The notes: a model not told the origin generated them from the sequence alone. Positions 12,320-25,485 are shown, counted from the first letter of the whole stretch. The stretch: DNA of 63,815 nucleotides, filler included, from Octopus bimaculoides (GCF_001194135.2; 9 parts of 9 records of this genome joined end to end with filler, not necessarily neighbours in it); one strand, 5' to 3'. A program made the numbers and translations.

Positions 12320-12520
12320 TTTCTAATATAGGCACAAGGCCTGAAATTTTGAGGGAGGGGACCAGTTGATTACATCGGCCCCAGTGTCTCACTGGTACTT
12401 AATTTATTGACCATGAAAAGATGAAAGGCAAAGTTGATCCTGACTGCATTTTAACAGGCAAAATACCACTCAAGCATTTTGCCTGGCATGCTAATGATTC
12501 TGCCAGCCTGCTGCCTTTCA
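12320..12520 (-). mobile_element. SINE family B copy
   Basis: Reverse complement of the family B head, central module and tail. Confidence 0.85.
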
Positions 12521-13062
12521 GAACAATAACCAGCTATAGTTATTTCAAATACACTTCTCTACAACGACCAGGTTTCATTAGAAAATGAAAATAGTTTCAC
12601 ACTTTCAATTTGAACCAAAATTACAAAGTGTTACATTACGAGAGTGACGATGTGTGAATAATGAAAGTAATGTTTCTCCGAATTAGTCACATATATATTA
12701 TAGTAAATAAAGCTGCTTATTATCTATCTACCAAGTAAACTATGTTTTTGACTCAACAACCCTTTTTTACAACTAAAATAACCTTGGCCACTAGGTTGGG
12801 TCGCACAATTTTGAGTTCATTTTCGGACAATATTTTGATTTGCTTCTAATGTATCACTTTCATCCGATGTTTCACACATGCGTAGAATTCTACTCAGACA
12901 AACATTTATGAAAATGTACACATAAATATTGTATTAAAATAAACCTNNNNNNNNNNGATAAGAATATGCACTCCCAGTGTTTAGGGTTAGGGTTACGCAG
13001 AAAACAGGTGGTGTGCATATTCTTTACCTCCACCTATTTTTGTACATGTATATGAAAGATTC

Positions 13063-13099
<37 letters not shown>

Positions 13100-14480
13100 T
13101 TCCACTTGCACATACATGCAAAAAATTTCATACATCACAACACACATCTTCACTCACTCTCTCTCTTTCTCTCTCTCACACACACACATGTCCATTTCAT
13201 ATACGTACGTCATACACTTTCCCTCTCACTGCAAAGCAAATGTTGCCTTTTCACTTTATCCTCTCTTTCAATTTCTGCTCTCTTCAAAGCATACAGAAAT
13301 TAAAACAATTTTACGGAAATTAACAAATAATCATATGATCCCATATATGTCGAGTTGACAACTTTGCTTTTTCCAATCAAAGAATGCCATAAAATAACTT
13401 CCTTTGACACACACTCTACGTAAAACTTCTGTGTGAATTATGTTAATTCTTGCAGTGTGCACGTGCAAATTTACAGCTCAAACCCAACTGAAACGATTTT
13501 CTGATCTTTGATATAAACTTAAAAGGAAGTTTTCTCAGAAATCCTGTCCTTTACCTCTTCTTTCTAGCATGTCCGAGGTGACATTTCTGCCCCACCACCC
13601 TTATTTTTTCGTTAATTTCTTCCATTTCCTATGTTTGCAATACAGGACATTAGGATTTCACCCACAAAACACGGTCTCAATATTTTAATTCTCTCCCTCT
13701 CCACACCAAATTCATTTTTTACTGTTTTCAAATTTTTATTCTTGGTAATCCATGGAGGAAAAACAGAGAGTTTGAATCTTTAAGAATTTTACCCATCACC
13801 TCACCACTTTCAAAAAGCTACACACTCCCAATGTTTCCCTTTTAGCTTTTTGGAAAGCAAGGAAGTTTCTTCAGAAATAATGTCATTTACCTGTTGTTTC
13901 TAGCGTGTCAGGTTTTCTGGTGGTGGTCTGGTATTTTTTAAGTCTACTATTTCAGTAGAATTCTCCGCATGCGGGGAAACATCAGACAAAAGTGAAAGAA
14001 TTGGAGATTTTAGCTTTTTGAAAGCTGGTAGGTGATGGGTGGGCGAAGTGGAGGAAGCATTCAGTGCTTCTTTAAGAAAATTAAACTATAAAAAATATAT
14101 ATACATTTCCCAGATTTGTAATCTCTGTATTTTTCTACGTAGATAACAAAAGAAAAATATTGAAAAGGTTACAAATTAAGAAATTGCGGTGGGGATAGAC
14201 GGAAATTAAATTTTTTAAAATGTGATTTCTGGGCAAAATCGTATTAACCCCCTTTTATATGATGAAGCAATACATGGTTTCTGATCCTTCTTCAGAACAG
14301 AAAGCACTCTCATGCAAACCCATGCAAATTGTACCCCTGCCCTTCACTATTAAATAAAAAATAACTTACATTATTCCATTAACTATATATCAGTTGTGCT
14401 GATTCTGCCCATAAGAAAAGAGCAAATAATACAATGTGCTTGTAGGTCATAACGCCTGGACAACGCTGGGATGCATTGCT

Positions 14481-14519
<39 letters not shown>

Positions 14520-15899
14520 TAGTTTATGTATATATTAATATTATCTCAGTTATTAAAAAAACCTTTGATAATGTAAATATGTTAATAGTTACCAGAGGTA
14601 ACGTGTATGTTATTATCTTTATTTCTTCTCAAATAAATATCCTGTACCCTGCTTTACCATTAACAAACGTTAATATCCGTTCAATAATATAATATAATAT
14701 AATATATCACTAGGCTACGATGCTTCATTTATTTTTATTCACTTTCTTCACTACATATAAATATGTTATTAGTTTCCCTNNNNNNNNNNNNNNNNNNNNN
14801 NNNNNNNNNNNNNNNNNNNNNNNNNNNNNNNNNNNNNNNNNNNNNNNNNNNNNNNNNNNNNNNNNNNNNNNNNNNNNNNNNNNNNNNNNNNNNNNNNNNN
14901 NNNNNNNNNNNNNNNNNNNNNNNNNNNNNNNNNNNNNNNNNNNNNNNNNNNNNNNNNNNNNNNNNNNNNNNNNNNNNNNNNNNNNNNNNNNNNNNNNNNN
15001 NNNNNNNNNNNNNNNNNNNNNNNNNNNNNNNNNNNNNNNNNNNNNNNNNNNNNNNNNNNNNNNNNNNNNNNNNNNNNNNNNNNNNNNNNNNNNNNNNNNN
15101 NNNNNNNNNNNNNNNNNNNNNNNNNNNNNNNNNNNNNNNNNNNNNNNNNNNNNNNNNNNNNNNNNNNNNNNNNNNNNNNNNNNNNNNNNNNNNNNNNNNN
15201 NNNNNNNNNNNNNNNNNNNNNNNNNNNNNNNNNNNNNNNNNNNNNNNNNNNNNNNNNNNNNNNNNNNNNNNNNNNNNNNNNNNNNNNNNNNNNNNNNNNN
15301 NNNNNNNNNNNNNNNNNNNNNNNNNNNNNNNNNNNNNNNNNNNNNNNNNNNNNNNNNNNNNNNNNNNNNNNNNNNNNNNNNNNNNNNNNNNNNNNNNNNN
15401 NNNNNNNNNNNNNNNNNNNNNNNNNNNNNNNNNNNNNNNNNNNNNNNNNNNNNNNNNNNNNNNNNNNNNNNNNNNNNNNNNNNNNNNNNNNNNNNNNNNN
15501 NNNNNNNNNNNNNNNNNNNNNNNNNNNNNNNNNNNNNNNNNNNNNNNNNNNNNNNNNNNNNNNNNNNNNNNNNNNNNNNNNNNNNNNNNNNNNNNNNNNN
15601 NNNNNNNNNNNNNNNNNNNNNNNNNNNNNNNNNNNNNNNNNNNNNNNNNNNNNNNNNNNNNNNNNNNNNNNNNNNNNNNNNNNNNNNNNNNNNNNNNNNN
15701 NNNNNNNNNNNNNNNNNNNNNNNNNNNNNNNNNNNNNNNNNNNGTGTTGAAGCTTATTCTGTTGTGTCTGGGGAAAGTCATTTTCTTTTTGTGCCTTAAA
15801 ATTTAACACACTCACCGTTAAAATTTCCACTTATTTCTTATTTTTATTTTCATAAAATTTTCGTTGCGTCTTGCAACCTTTTCAATAGTCTTGACTCTG

Positions 15900-16193
15900 T
15901 CCATTATTTACGTTGCGTTCTGTTTTTGCTTTTTTTTTTGTTTTTGCGCATCCTGTGTCTCAGTGTGTGTGTATGTATGTATGCATGTGTGCATGCGCGT
16001 GTATGTATGTCTGTGTGTGTGTGCACATGTATATATGTATGTATGTGTGTGTATGTATATATGTATGTATGTGTGTGTTTGCATGTATGTATGTATGTAT
16101 GTATTCTGCATTTGTGTGTGTTTCTCTTTTTTTTTATGTATGTGTGTGCATATATATGCATGTACCTCTGTCTCCTTGTGTGTGCATGTCTGA

Positions 16194-16225
<32 letters not shown>

Positions 16226-16408
16226 TCTGCTGCTATGTACCATGTTTGCATGTATGGGTGCACATCTTCATATGTGTGGACAAATGTGTGTGTATATGTG
16301 GCCATGTGTTTCAGTCTCTATTTGTGTATGTGGTTGTCTGTTCTTATATCCTATGTACCTACCCGTCTGTATGTAGACCTGTTGGTTTACGTATACATAC
16401 ATGCGCAT

Positions 16409-16447
<39 letters not shown>

Positions 16448-16460
16448 GACATACATGTGT
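15900..16460. repeat. Compound (TG)n/(TATG)n/(CA)n microsatellite field
   Basis: Direct reading; explains the VCVC/HTHT ORFs. Confidence 0.9.
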
Positions 16461-16469
16461 AAAATGTGG

Positions 16470-17745
16470 GTATGGGGGTATGATATCTATGTATATTTCC
16501 TATTTAGTATTGGGGAAGTTTCATTTATAAGGACGTACTCCCGTATTTGTCTTAGAGTTGGGTCTTTTGGGTGCTTAGATAAGATGCGGATGTCAAGTTG
16601 ACCCAAGTTGCCTCCATGCTGGTCTTTGGCATGTTGGTAGAGTACGGAGGACTGTTTTTTGTCGTCATATTGTCTCATATGTTCGTTTAGCCATTCCACA
16701 ATGCTCCTAGATGTTTCACCTATATATGTCATATTCAGGTCTTTACAAGCACCTTCCATGCATTTTATGCTGTAAACTACATTTCTATTTCTGCAGTTAA
16801 TGCCAGGGCTAATCCTACATACCATGCAGTTATCATTGGTACATATGGTATTCTCAAAGGGGTACGTCCTACATAGCTGTGACCTGATGGAGTTCCCTGG
16901 CTTTTCAACAATTTTAATGTTGAGTTTGGACTCCTTCTCCATGGGCTGTGGCCTCTACAAACATCACTCCTTGATATCTGTCGGTTTTATACTACGTGTT
17001 CGCCTTGTTGGCTTTGTCACAAATTCTTTGTATCCTATTCCATTCTTTGTTTCTATATCTAGGGCAGGTACCACTGGTATCATTNNNNNNNNNNNNNNNN
17101 NNNNNNNNNNNNNNNNNNNNNNNNNNNNNNNNNNNNNNNNNNNNNNNNNNNNNNNNNNNNNNNNNNNNNNNNNNNNNNNNNNNNNNNNNNNNNNNNNNNN
17201 NNNNNNNNNNNNNNNNNNNNNNNNNNNNNNNNNNNNNNNNNNNNNNNNNNNNNNNNNNNNNNNNNNNNNNNNNNNNNNNNNNNNNNNNNNNNNNNNNNNN
17301 NNNNNNNNNNNNNNNNNNNNNNNNNNNNNNNNNNNNNNNATAGTTACCTTGATACTTTGGTGGATGGAGTTAGCTATTTGCTGGATGCTCTCCATTACGT
17401 TCCTTTCTGTTTCTACATGACCGTCACTAGAGTTGGTCCTAACTATGATATTAATGTCATCTACATATCTGCTAACCTATGTTTGAATTTTCTGTCCCAC
17501 CAGGTCATGAAGAGGCCGGCCACATCTCCAGCTACACCAACGCCGATGGCTGCACCTTGAACCTGCATGTATAGTTTTTTGTTGAACTTTACTATGTGGT
17601 TCTTCAAGGTGATTTTTATACTGGCCCCTATTGCGTGAGCAATTATTTCCTTTACCTGATTGTTGTTCTCAGGGTTTTGGGTGGGTGCAGTTCAACCACT
17701 CCAGCATTCAGTGGTGCTTTTTTTCACTGCTGAAGTGATGGTGGG
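16470..17745 (-). mobile_element. Penelope-like element (Neptune-like): RT fragment + GIY-YIG endonuclease, gap in the middle
   Basis: ORF 16487-16942 has CxxxxCxxC then VVYSIKC...YIGETSR..EH...E..I....P.LN (GIY-YIG). 17340-17680 translates to FNKKLYMQVQGAAIGVGVAGDVAGLFMTWWD and frameshifted RYVDDI. Confidence 0.92.
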
Positions 17746-18149
17746 NNNNNNNNNNNNNNNNNNNNNNNNNNNNNNNNNNNNNNNNNNNNTTAATTAATTA
17801 ANNNNNNNNNNNNNNNNNNNNNNNNNNNNNNNNNNNNNNNNNNNNTGATTAAACAAAGAAAATACGTATTGAAAAATGTACAAATATTGTTTTAATTTTT
17901 GTCTCTTTTATCTCAACGTAAAATTTAATAGATTATTCAGCTCGGATATAAAATTCTTTGCACTTGTTTTTTTGGCACTTTTTATTTTCTCTAATTACTT
18001 TTGATATCGATGCAAAGTAATGTTTGTTTGCTTTTTGTTTTCTTTCGCTTTTGTTTTCATTTTAGTTTTTTTTATCGGACACATAATGATTCTTGTTTGT
18101 TGTTTTTTAATCAGGCATAAATAATTCTTGGTTGATTTTTGTTAGTCGT

Positions 18150-18400
18150 GCGTTCGATGATGATGATGACGACGACGACGACGACGATGATGCAAAAGAC
18201 AAGGATAAGAACAGTAAAGGGGATGTGAGGAAGTGGAGGAGGGAACAAGGATGAAGGGATGAGGAGGGAGAGGGGAGGGGAATAGATTATGGAGAGGGAG
18301 AGATGATGGGGAGGGAGAGGGGGAAGAGTTGATGGGGAGAGGATGGGAGGTGATGATAATGATGATGATGAGGAGGAGGAGGGGGCAGTTAATGTCATTG
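18150..18400. repeat. (GAT/GAC)n and purine-rich (GGA) low-complexity tract
   Basis: Direct reading. Confidence 0.85.
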
Positions 18401-19061
18401 TCATTATTTTTGTTATTGATTACAAAACTATTTTCTAATGCTTCAATTAATTTCTATAATTTGTCGTTGGCTCTGTGCCAGTGTGGTATCAGTTGACAAA
18501 CTGATTACTATTGCAGTAGCAAACAGGCGCTACAGATACCGCAGCTGTGTTGATACGTTGACCTACTGACCTCAGAAAATAATATCTTTGACGACTGAGG
18601 AAACCGCTAACGTGGTCGACCGAACGGCTGAGAATAGCAGCCAAATTTCATTCAGATCACACTATACTGTCTTTGAAGATTGAAGGGTACATCAGATAAT
18701 TTATGACATAATACAACATGCTTACTTAGATGTAGAAGGAAAACGAGATGGTTGGATAATATCCATGATCTTGGGTGGTTACGCTTGGGAATCCAGACGG
18801 AAAATGTAATGATAGCACGTCCTGTCGCCTCAAACATTGGATAACCCACTGCAGCATTCCATTCCACTCGCCTCTCCTTCTAATTGAGTTCAAATCCCAG
18901 GCTTCACACTAATCATTACACCCATTTCTTCCTTTGTACGACGGCGGTCCTCTAGTCTCGCAACCTATTTTCCCCTAGGCCCCATTATAACTTTCCAGAA
19001 AATGTCTACCCCCACTAGTAGTTTGAAAAAAAAAACTTTATTATTTTTATTACCTAATGAT

Positions 19062-19240
19062 AAGGCAGTGAGTTGGCAGAATCGTTAGCACACCGAGCAA
19101 AATGCTGAGCGGGATTTCGTCTGTCTTTACGTTCAGAGTTCAAATTCCGCCGAGGTTGACTTTGTCTTTCATCCTTTCGGGGTCGATAAAATAAGTACCA
19201 GTTCAGTACTGAGGTCGATGTGATCGACTAGCACCTCACC
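19062..19240 (+). mobile_element. SINE family B copy
   Basis: aaggcagtgagttggcagaatcgttagcac...ttcatcctttcggggtcgataaaataagtacc. Confidence 0.9.
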
Positions 19241-20430
19241 ACCAGCTGTATAACATGGACTGGCTGACTTGTTCTGCCCTTCATAGTCCAGCTGATGAGA
19301 CAAAACAACTTGTTGAGATTATGCAAAATCATTATGTATAATCATGAGATAATACGTAATTTCTTCGTTAGTGATTAATGTTTTTTGTTTCCAACAGACA
19401 GACCTATGAGTGAAGACATTCTAGCTATGAGCAACCGTCTATTTAAGAGATATATGACTAATCTACCTAATGTATTTAAAGAAAGAAAGAAAGAAATTTG
19501 TTATTTCTTGTAAGTTGAGTAATAACATAAGAAACTGTTTCACAACATTTTCACCAGCAAAGACCCTGCTTTTGTTTAAATGAGTTTTCCCCCAGACCCA
19601 CCCCAGGCTTTTGAGAGGTCTTTCTACACAAATTATTTAATTCAGCTTGCAGGCTCCCAATACTACCCTTGTGTACCTTAGCCATTCGTGGACCCAGGCT
19701 GAGAACCACTAAACGTAGGATCTCAATGATGGTAGACACATGTTTTTGTTGTTTTTTTTACTATATATGTTTTTGTTTTATTTGATTGCTTTTTTCTTGC
19801 ACTAATTCTTCAATTGCTAGAGGCTTATCAGGCAAATTAATTGTCTTTATTGAATTGAATTCTGAGAAAATAGGAAATAACATTATATAAATCCACTCTT
19901 CCGCGCAATTTTTACATGACAGTAAAATCGATAAGAAAGGGAAATCTTTATATTCTATTTTATTTATTTATTGTATTTATTTCCTTTTTTTTATTGTAAA
20001 CCTAAATTACAATTCGTCTTACAATAACAATTACAACCATTTTTAAGAAAATGCCGCAAGATTTATTTCCACATCGCACCTCATCCATATATTTTTAATA
20101 TTTTCATCACGATAAATAGATGAATATTGATTTTTCAACATTGGCACTAAGCTACAAATATTTGTTTGTTTGTTTGTTTGCTTTATGGGGTGGTGTCCAT
20201 AGTGAAGAATATAATGAGTTGGACTGTACCCAATACTTGACTGAAATAAACAAGCAGTTATGTTATTGATCAGAGAAGTGTGAAAAGTACAATCATCTCT
20301 GGCAGGACTGGAACTCATATATGCAGTCATGGCTGGGTGGTTAAGAAGTTTGTGCCACAACGACGTAGTTTCAGCTTCAACCCCCATTGATTGCCACTCA
20401 GGAGAAATCATTTCAAATAAACACATATAA

Positions 20431-20858
20431 GCACAGGCGTGGCTGTGTAGTAAGAGGTTTACTACCCAACCACATGGTTCCAGGTTCAGACCCATTGCGC
20501 GGCAACTTGGACAAGTGTCTTCTGCTACAGCCTCGGTCTGATAGAAGCTTTGTGAGTGGATTTAGTAAACAGAAACTGCACAAAGTTCATTATATATATA
20601 TATACACACACACATTCGTGTGTGTGTGTGCGCGTGTGCGTATGTCTTTGTATCTGTGTTTGTCACCATCACCGCTTGATAACTAGTGTTGGTGCATTTA
20701 CGATCCCGTAACATAGCAGTCCGGCAAAAATGACTGATAGAATAAGTACCAGGTTTAAAAATTAAAATAAGCGCTGGGGTCAATTCATTCAACTAAAATT
20801 CTTCGAGGCAATGCTCAAGGATGGCTGCAGTCTATTGACTGAAACGCATAAAAGATAG
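20431..20858 (+). mobile_element. Full-length SINE family A
   Basis: Head ggcgtggctgtgtagtaagagg, CORE-like ggcaacttggacaagtgtcttct, internal microsatellite and 3' module. Confidence 0.9.
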
Positions 20859-21149
20859 ATGGAATTTCGTAGACAAAAACTGTATGGAATCCCATCGGCT
20901 AAAGAGAGAGTCCTTTCTCTTTAGCGTTATAGAATTAATCAGTCACCTACTTCAACATCTTTATCTGGCTCTGTTGCCAAATATATTCTGTTGCAAGCAT
21001 TTGGGTCAGGCTTCCAGTCCGAAGATAACTTCTGCCCTTCCTCTCACTAGTTTCAGAAGCTTCCAAAAGGACCACTGGTGTTGCCCTTCCTCCTCTGCTA
21101 AGCCAGCAAACAATAATGAACATGATTGAATGAGCGAATGTATAAATGT

Positions 21150-21990
21150 AACTAGTTATTTATATAAGGAATTTTTCTGGGAGCTTAGCAATTCTGCTAA
21201 CCACCACTACATTTCCAGAAAACTTCAGCAAACCAACCTGTTGAAGCATATCGTAATGATTATTCCTGAAATGGAAACAATCCAAAAGACCTGCACAAGA
21301 AAGATTTCTTGGACCAGATGAGCCATTCTGGGAGAGGTTGATGCTTTTGAGATTATATCCCTTAACGAAAAAGAGAATTGAGGTAACCATTTATACCCAG
21401 CAGTAGCCCCAGAAACTGCATGGTTATTTTGAAAACCTATTCTACACAGAAACTCCCAGATGACGTGGAGGAGACACTAAGAAAATAAAGTTTGTCATAG
21501 ACATAAAGGAAAGAGGAAGATTTTGAATTAGCAGCCATAAGTAAGTATGAACAACAAACTTCCATGTTCTTTGATATGCAGGAAAACAGAAAATTCAGAA
21601 AACAGTTGGTGAAATCTTCTTGGAGTGAGAAACAGCATTACACAGTAGATTGTTTGTGCCTTGTCAATGATACTAAACTAAAAAGTGCCATAGTTTTTAA
21701 AAGAAAGACAACGCTAAAAGAATCACTGCCAAAGGACAAAGAAGATAGTGGTGTTTGCCCAAGAAGGTAGGTAGGTTGATGAAACCATTGTTCTTGAGTG
21801 ACTGAATGAAGTGTGGTAGAAAAAGTTAAATGAAGTCTAAATCAGAAGTCTTTAATAGATAAACATGTTTACAGCACATCTGAGACAAAAAATTAAATAC
21901 CACAGAACATACCAAGCTGTGAAAGCCAGGTGTACATCAGATTTTACAACTACTGGAACGTATTGCTGTTTGAAGAAACCCTCCAAAGCT
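21150..21990 (+). mobile_element. Decayed pogo-like (Tc1/mariner superfamily) transposase fragment
   Basis: Manual translation: QKLPDDVEE...EEDFEL...MFFDMQENR...SEKQHYTV...KL..AIVFKRKT..KE.LP, matching the pogo/CENP-B DDE_1 N-terminal region; many stops and frameshifts. Confidence 0.72.
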
Positions 21991-22019
21991 AACAGAGGAC
22001 CAAGTGAAGCAACTGGATA

Positions 22020-22235
22020 ACAGTTTCAAATTTTGGCACAAGATCAGCGATTCCGTGAGAAGTAGTAAGTCGATTATATTGATCCCAGTGTTCAACAGGT
22101 ACTTATTTTACCAACCCCTAAAGAATAAAAGCCAAAGCCGACCTCGGCAGAACTTGAACTCAGAATGTCAAGATGGCTAAAACACTGCTAAGCATTTTGC
22201 CTGGTGCACTCACGATTCTGCCAGTTCACCAACTT
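22020..22235 (-). mobile_element. SINE family B copy
   Basis: Reverse-complement match to family B. Confidence 0.85.
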
Positions 22236-23273
22236 TCAACTGGATAATTAACAAAGAGAAACAAGTCACAATAGTGAGAAATTTCAGGCACCAAAACCTG
22301 TTGACAGCTTGTCATTGGCGAATTGATCCATGGAATAAAATTCCTGCAGGCCGAGTCCACCAGGTACTTTTACAGGAACTCAAAATTCTAGAGATGGAAT
22401 GCCAAATAATGAGCTGTTCAGAGAATTCATCTGAGGTGGCTAGGAGTAGAAATACAAAATTAAAAATCAAGTTGAAGACATTGGAGTGTTCAGCAATCTA
22501 CTTACCAGTGGGAGCAGCATTTGGAGAATATTCTGAGATTTCTCAGAGAATAATAAATAAAATGTGCTGTGTTGTAGTACAGCACATTTTGGTTTGTTTA
22601 GATATTCCAAATAATAAAAATAGAAATAAAACAGAGAAAATGGTGTTGAAATCTTCATTTATTTCAAAAATATACATGTACAAAACTTAGACATTATACA
22701 ATGAGTAACAATAAAATGAAAATTATAAAAATAGAAAAAAATTGATTGAACATATAATAAAGTGATCAGAAAAAATCTCTGAACATTCTCTTTTTCTCTA
22801 AATTCCAAAAACACACATAAAAACAGATTTTAAGCGAAAAATATAAAATGTGAACAGAAAATGTTTAATATGAACAGCATTGAAAAATAGACATTTTTCT
22901 ATTCACACACTTGTTTATGGATACGAAACATGCCTGTATATTTTGTCATATACTTTGATTGTGATCACGTGATAGCTGACCCTGTATTTTTATAATCTAC
23001 TCGTGGGTTCTGAATTTCTAATCCCATATTTAAAAGTAGATCAAAGATGAATGCTACAGATTATGGTAGTGAGAAAGAGACTTTGTCTGATTAGCAGCCT
23101 CCTCTAGCAAGAATATATATCACTTATTTTGCTGGAACATGTGTGTGTGTGTGCGTGTGTGTTCTTATACAAGAATGCTGTTGATAGTTACTTCAAAGTT
23201 TCTGTCAGCTAACCCAACACAATGGCTTTAGCTGGTCGAAACTTCAAANNNNNNNNNNNNNNNNNNATATATA

Positions 23274-23398
23274 CAGGGTGTCCACAAAGTCTGGGTACAT
23301 GGGGATTAACGCATACTTTAAGAAATTATTATTTCTTATATTTAATTGTTTATGTTATGATTTTATTTACTCCATGTATCCAGACCTTGTGGACACTG
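23274..23398. mobile_element. Tc1/mariner-type MITE (125 bp) in a TA microsatellite
   Basis: TIRs cagggtgtccacaaagtctgggtacatgg / ccatgtatccagaccttgtggacactg flanked by TA. Confidence 0.88.
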
Positions 23399-23412
23399 TA
23401 TGTGTGTGTATA

Positions 23413-23460
<48 letters not shown>

Positions 23461-23899
23461 AAAGGGAATTTGGAGGGATATATTATCTGGGTGGATACTG
23501 TATATTATCTCTCAGTTAAGTTCCAGTTAACAGCTAATTACAATGATCAGTATCTTACATCTGTGTAAACATTTAGTTGTTAGTCACTCCATGAATTCTT
23601 CCGATGGGTAATTCTGTGTACTCTTTGCTAGATAGTGAAAATTGTCTGGAGTATATATATTAATATTAATGATAAAGAGTATGGAGACTTGTACATCCAC
23701 AAAAATTATTTTATAGTTATATACAGCATATTATAATGACCTACAAGTGTTTCTGCTGCAGCGACTACTCATTTTGCAAATGCAGCCTTGCAATATTGTC
23801 AATGCAGCTTCATCAGAGTTGTGGTTAGTTGTTAACTGGAACTTAATTGAGAGCTAATATGGTATCCGCCCAGATAATATATCCCTCCAAACTCACTTT
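23461..23899. mobile_element. Inverted-repeat-bounded element (~83-bp imperfect arms, TATA on both sides) carrying a hammerhead motif
   Basis: Left arm aaagggaatttggagggatatattatctgggtggatac...ttccagttaacagctaattacaa (23461-23543) is the inverse of 23819-23899. Confidence 0.85.
23738..23820 (-). ncRNA. Type-I hammerhead ribozyme motif (probably decayed)
   Basis: Minus strand: aACU-CUGAUGA-A-GCUGCA-(42 nt)-UGCAGC-A-GAAA-CACUUG-UA-GGUc. Core boxes, 6-bp stem II, near-palindromic stem III, stem I ACU/GGU. Confidence 0.7.
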
Positions 23900-24668
23900 T
23901 ATAATAATTGAAGTTTTTTAACAAGTAAACACAGCAGAGGACCAAAGTATGAAGAAAATAAACACCAACACTTCCCTTAACACATTAGTGCCCAATGCAT
24001 AACAAATCATATGGAAAACCTTACCAAAGAAAAATAATTTTTAAAATCTAGGAGTGGCTGTATGGTAAGTAGCTTGCTAACNNNNNNNNNNNNNNNNNNN
24101 NNNNNNNNNNNNNNNNNNNNNNNNNTTAATTAATTAANNNNNNNNNNNNNNNNNNNNNNNNNNNNNNNNNNNNNNNNNNNNCAAGAGTTTGGGGTGGGGG
24201 TTAGGTCTTTCCTTTTTATTTTATTTTTTTTTACAGTAAAGAAGAGAAGTACGTTTCATGGAACCTCACTCAGATCCTATTTCGATGTAGCATTTGTATT
24301 AAATTACCATAAACACCAATATTGGTACAGCTTGATGGCGTCATCACCAAAATGAACAACACCTCAAAGATTCATTCACACTTACTGCAAGTCGTCAAAG
24401 GTCAGGCAACAGAGATCGGTTCACAATTAATGCAGAGACTTCTTAATATGAAGTCATTCCACAAACTTTGCCAGTGGAATGTTTATTTATTCTTTGAACA
24501 CCAAATAGAAAAAATAAAATATAAAAACACTCTCACGACTATATTTCTTATGGAATACGTTGCCAACGTGTGAAATTTGGAAATAAATGAAGAATTTGGA
24601 GAGACTTAGATAAAATACTTACAAGTATCATTTGTCTTAAAACGTAATTTGACAAAATATTCTTATAT

Positions 24669-25240
24669 AGGTGCAGGAGTGGCTGTGTGGTAAGTTGCTT
24701 GCTTACCAACCACATGGTTCCGGGTTCAGTCCCACTGTGTGGCACCTTGGGCAAGTATCTTCTACTATAGCCTCAGGCCGACCAAAGCCTTGTGAGTGGA
24801 TTTGGTAGATGGAAACTGAAAGAAGCCCGTCGTATATATGTATGTGTGTGTGTGTGTGTGTGTGTGTTTGTCCCCCCAATATCACTTGACAACCGATGCT
24901 GGTGTGTTTACGTCCCCGTAACTTAGCAGTTCGGCAAAAGAGACTGATAGANNNNNNNNNNNNNNNNNNNNNNNNNNNNNNNNNNNNNNNNNNNNNNNNN
25001 NNNNNNNNNNNNNNNNNNNNNNNNNNNNNNNNNNNNNNNNNNNNNNNNNNNNNNNNNNNNNNNNNNNNNNNNNNNNNNNNNNNNNNNNNNNNNNNNNNNN
25101 NNNNNNNNNNNNNNNNNNNNNNNNNNNNNNNNNNNNNNNNNNNNNNNNNNNNNNNNNNNNNNNCGATTTGCTTGACTAAAGGTGGTGCTCCAGCATGGCC
25201 ACAGTCAAATGACTGAAATAAGTAAAAGAGTAAAAGAGTA
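24669..25240 (+). mobile_element. SINE family A (gap inside)
   Basis: Canonical head and tail around an N gap. Confidence 0.92.
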
Positions 25241-25269
25241 TATAAAGTTATGCTGGAAGGGTTTAATTT

Positions 25270-25485
25270 AGATATTAGTTTCAAATTTTGGCACAGGACC
25301 AGGAATTTCAGGGGAAGGGATAAGTCAATTACATCGACCCCAGTGCTCAACAGGTACTTATTTTAGTGACCCCAAAAGGATAAAAGGCAAAGTTGACCTT
25401 GGCAGAATTTGAACTCAGAACGAAAAGACAAACAAGATGCTGTCATGCGTTTTGCCCTGTGCGCTAACAATTCTGCCAGCTCAAC
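25270..25485 (-). mobile_element. SINE family B copy
   Basis: Reverse-complement match to family B. Confidence 0.85.

Noticed and set aside
15864-16530. Cys/Val/Tyr- or His/Thr-rich ORFs (also 27.8, 31.2, 57.3, 62.5 kb)
   Set aside because: Translations of dinucleotide and tetranucleotide microsatellites.
18596-18635. CTGAGGA + ACCGC-TAAC-GTGGT hairpin
   Set aside because: Not followed by GAAA; the downstream sequence looks like part of a common dispersed repeat.
19285-19320. gtccagCTGATGAgacaaaacaacttgttgaga hammerhead-like string
   Set aside because: GAAA box is absent (GAGA), stem II is weak and no stem III or cleavage triplet was found; at best a dead relic.
24240-24600. Possible DNA-transposon coding remnant on the minus strand (VVHFGDDAIKLYQYW)
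   Set aside because: Too short and decayed to assign to any family by eye.
25195-25235. SINE A tail cagtc-aaat-gactGAAACaagta resembles hammerhead stem II + GAAA
   Set aside because: No CUGANGA box upstream in any copy; more simply the stem-loop typical of LINE-derived SINE tails.
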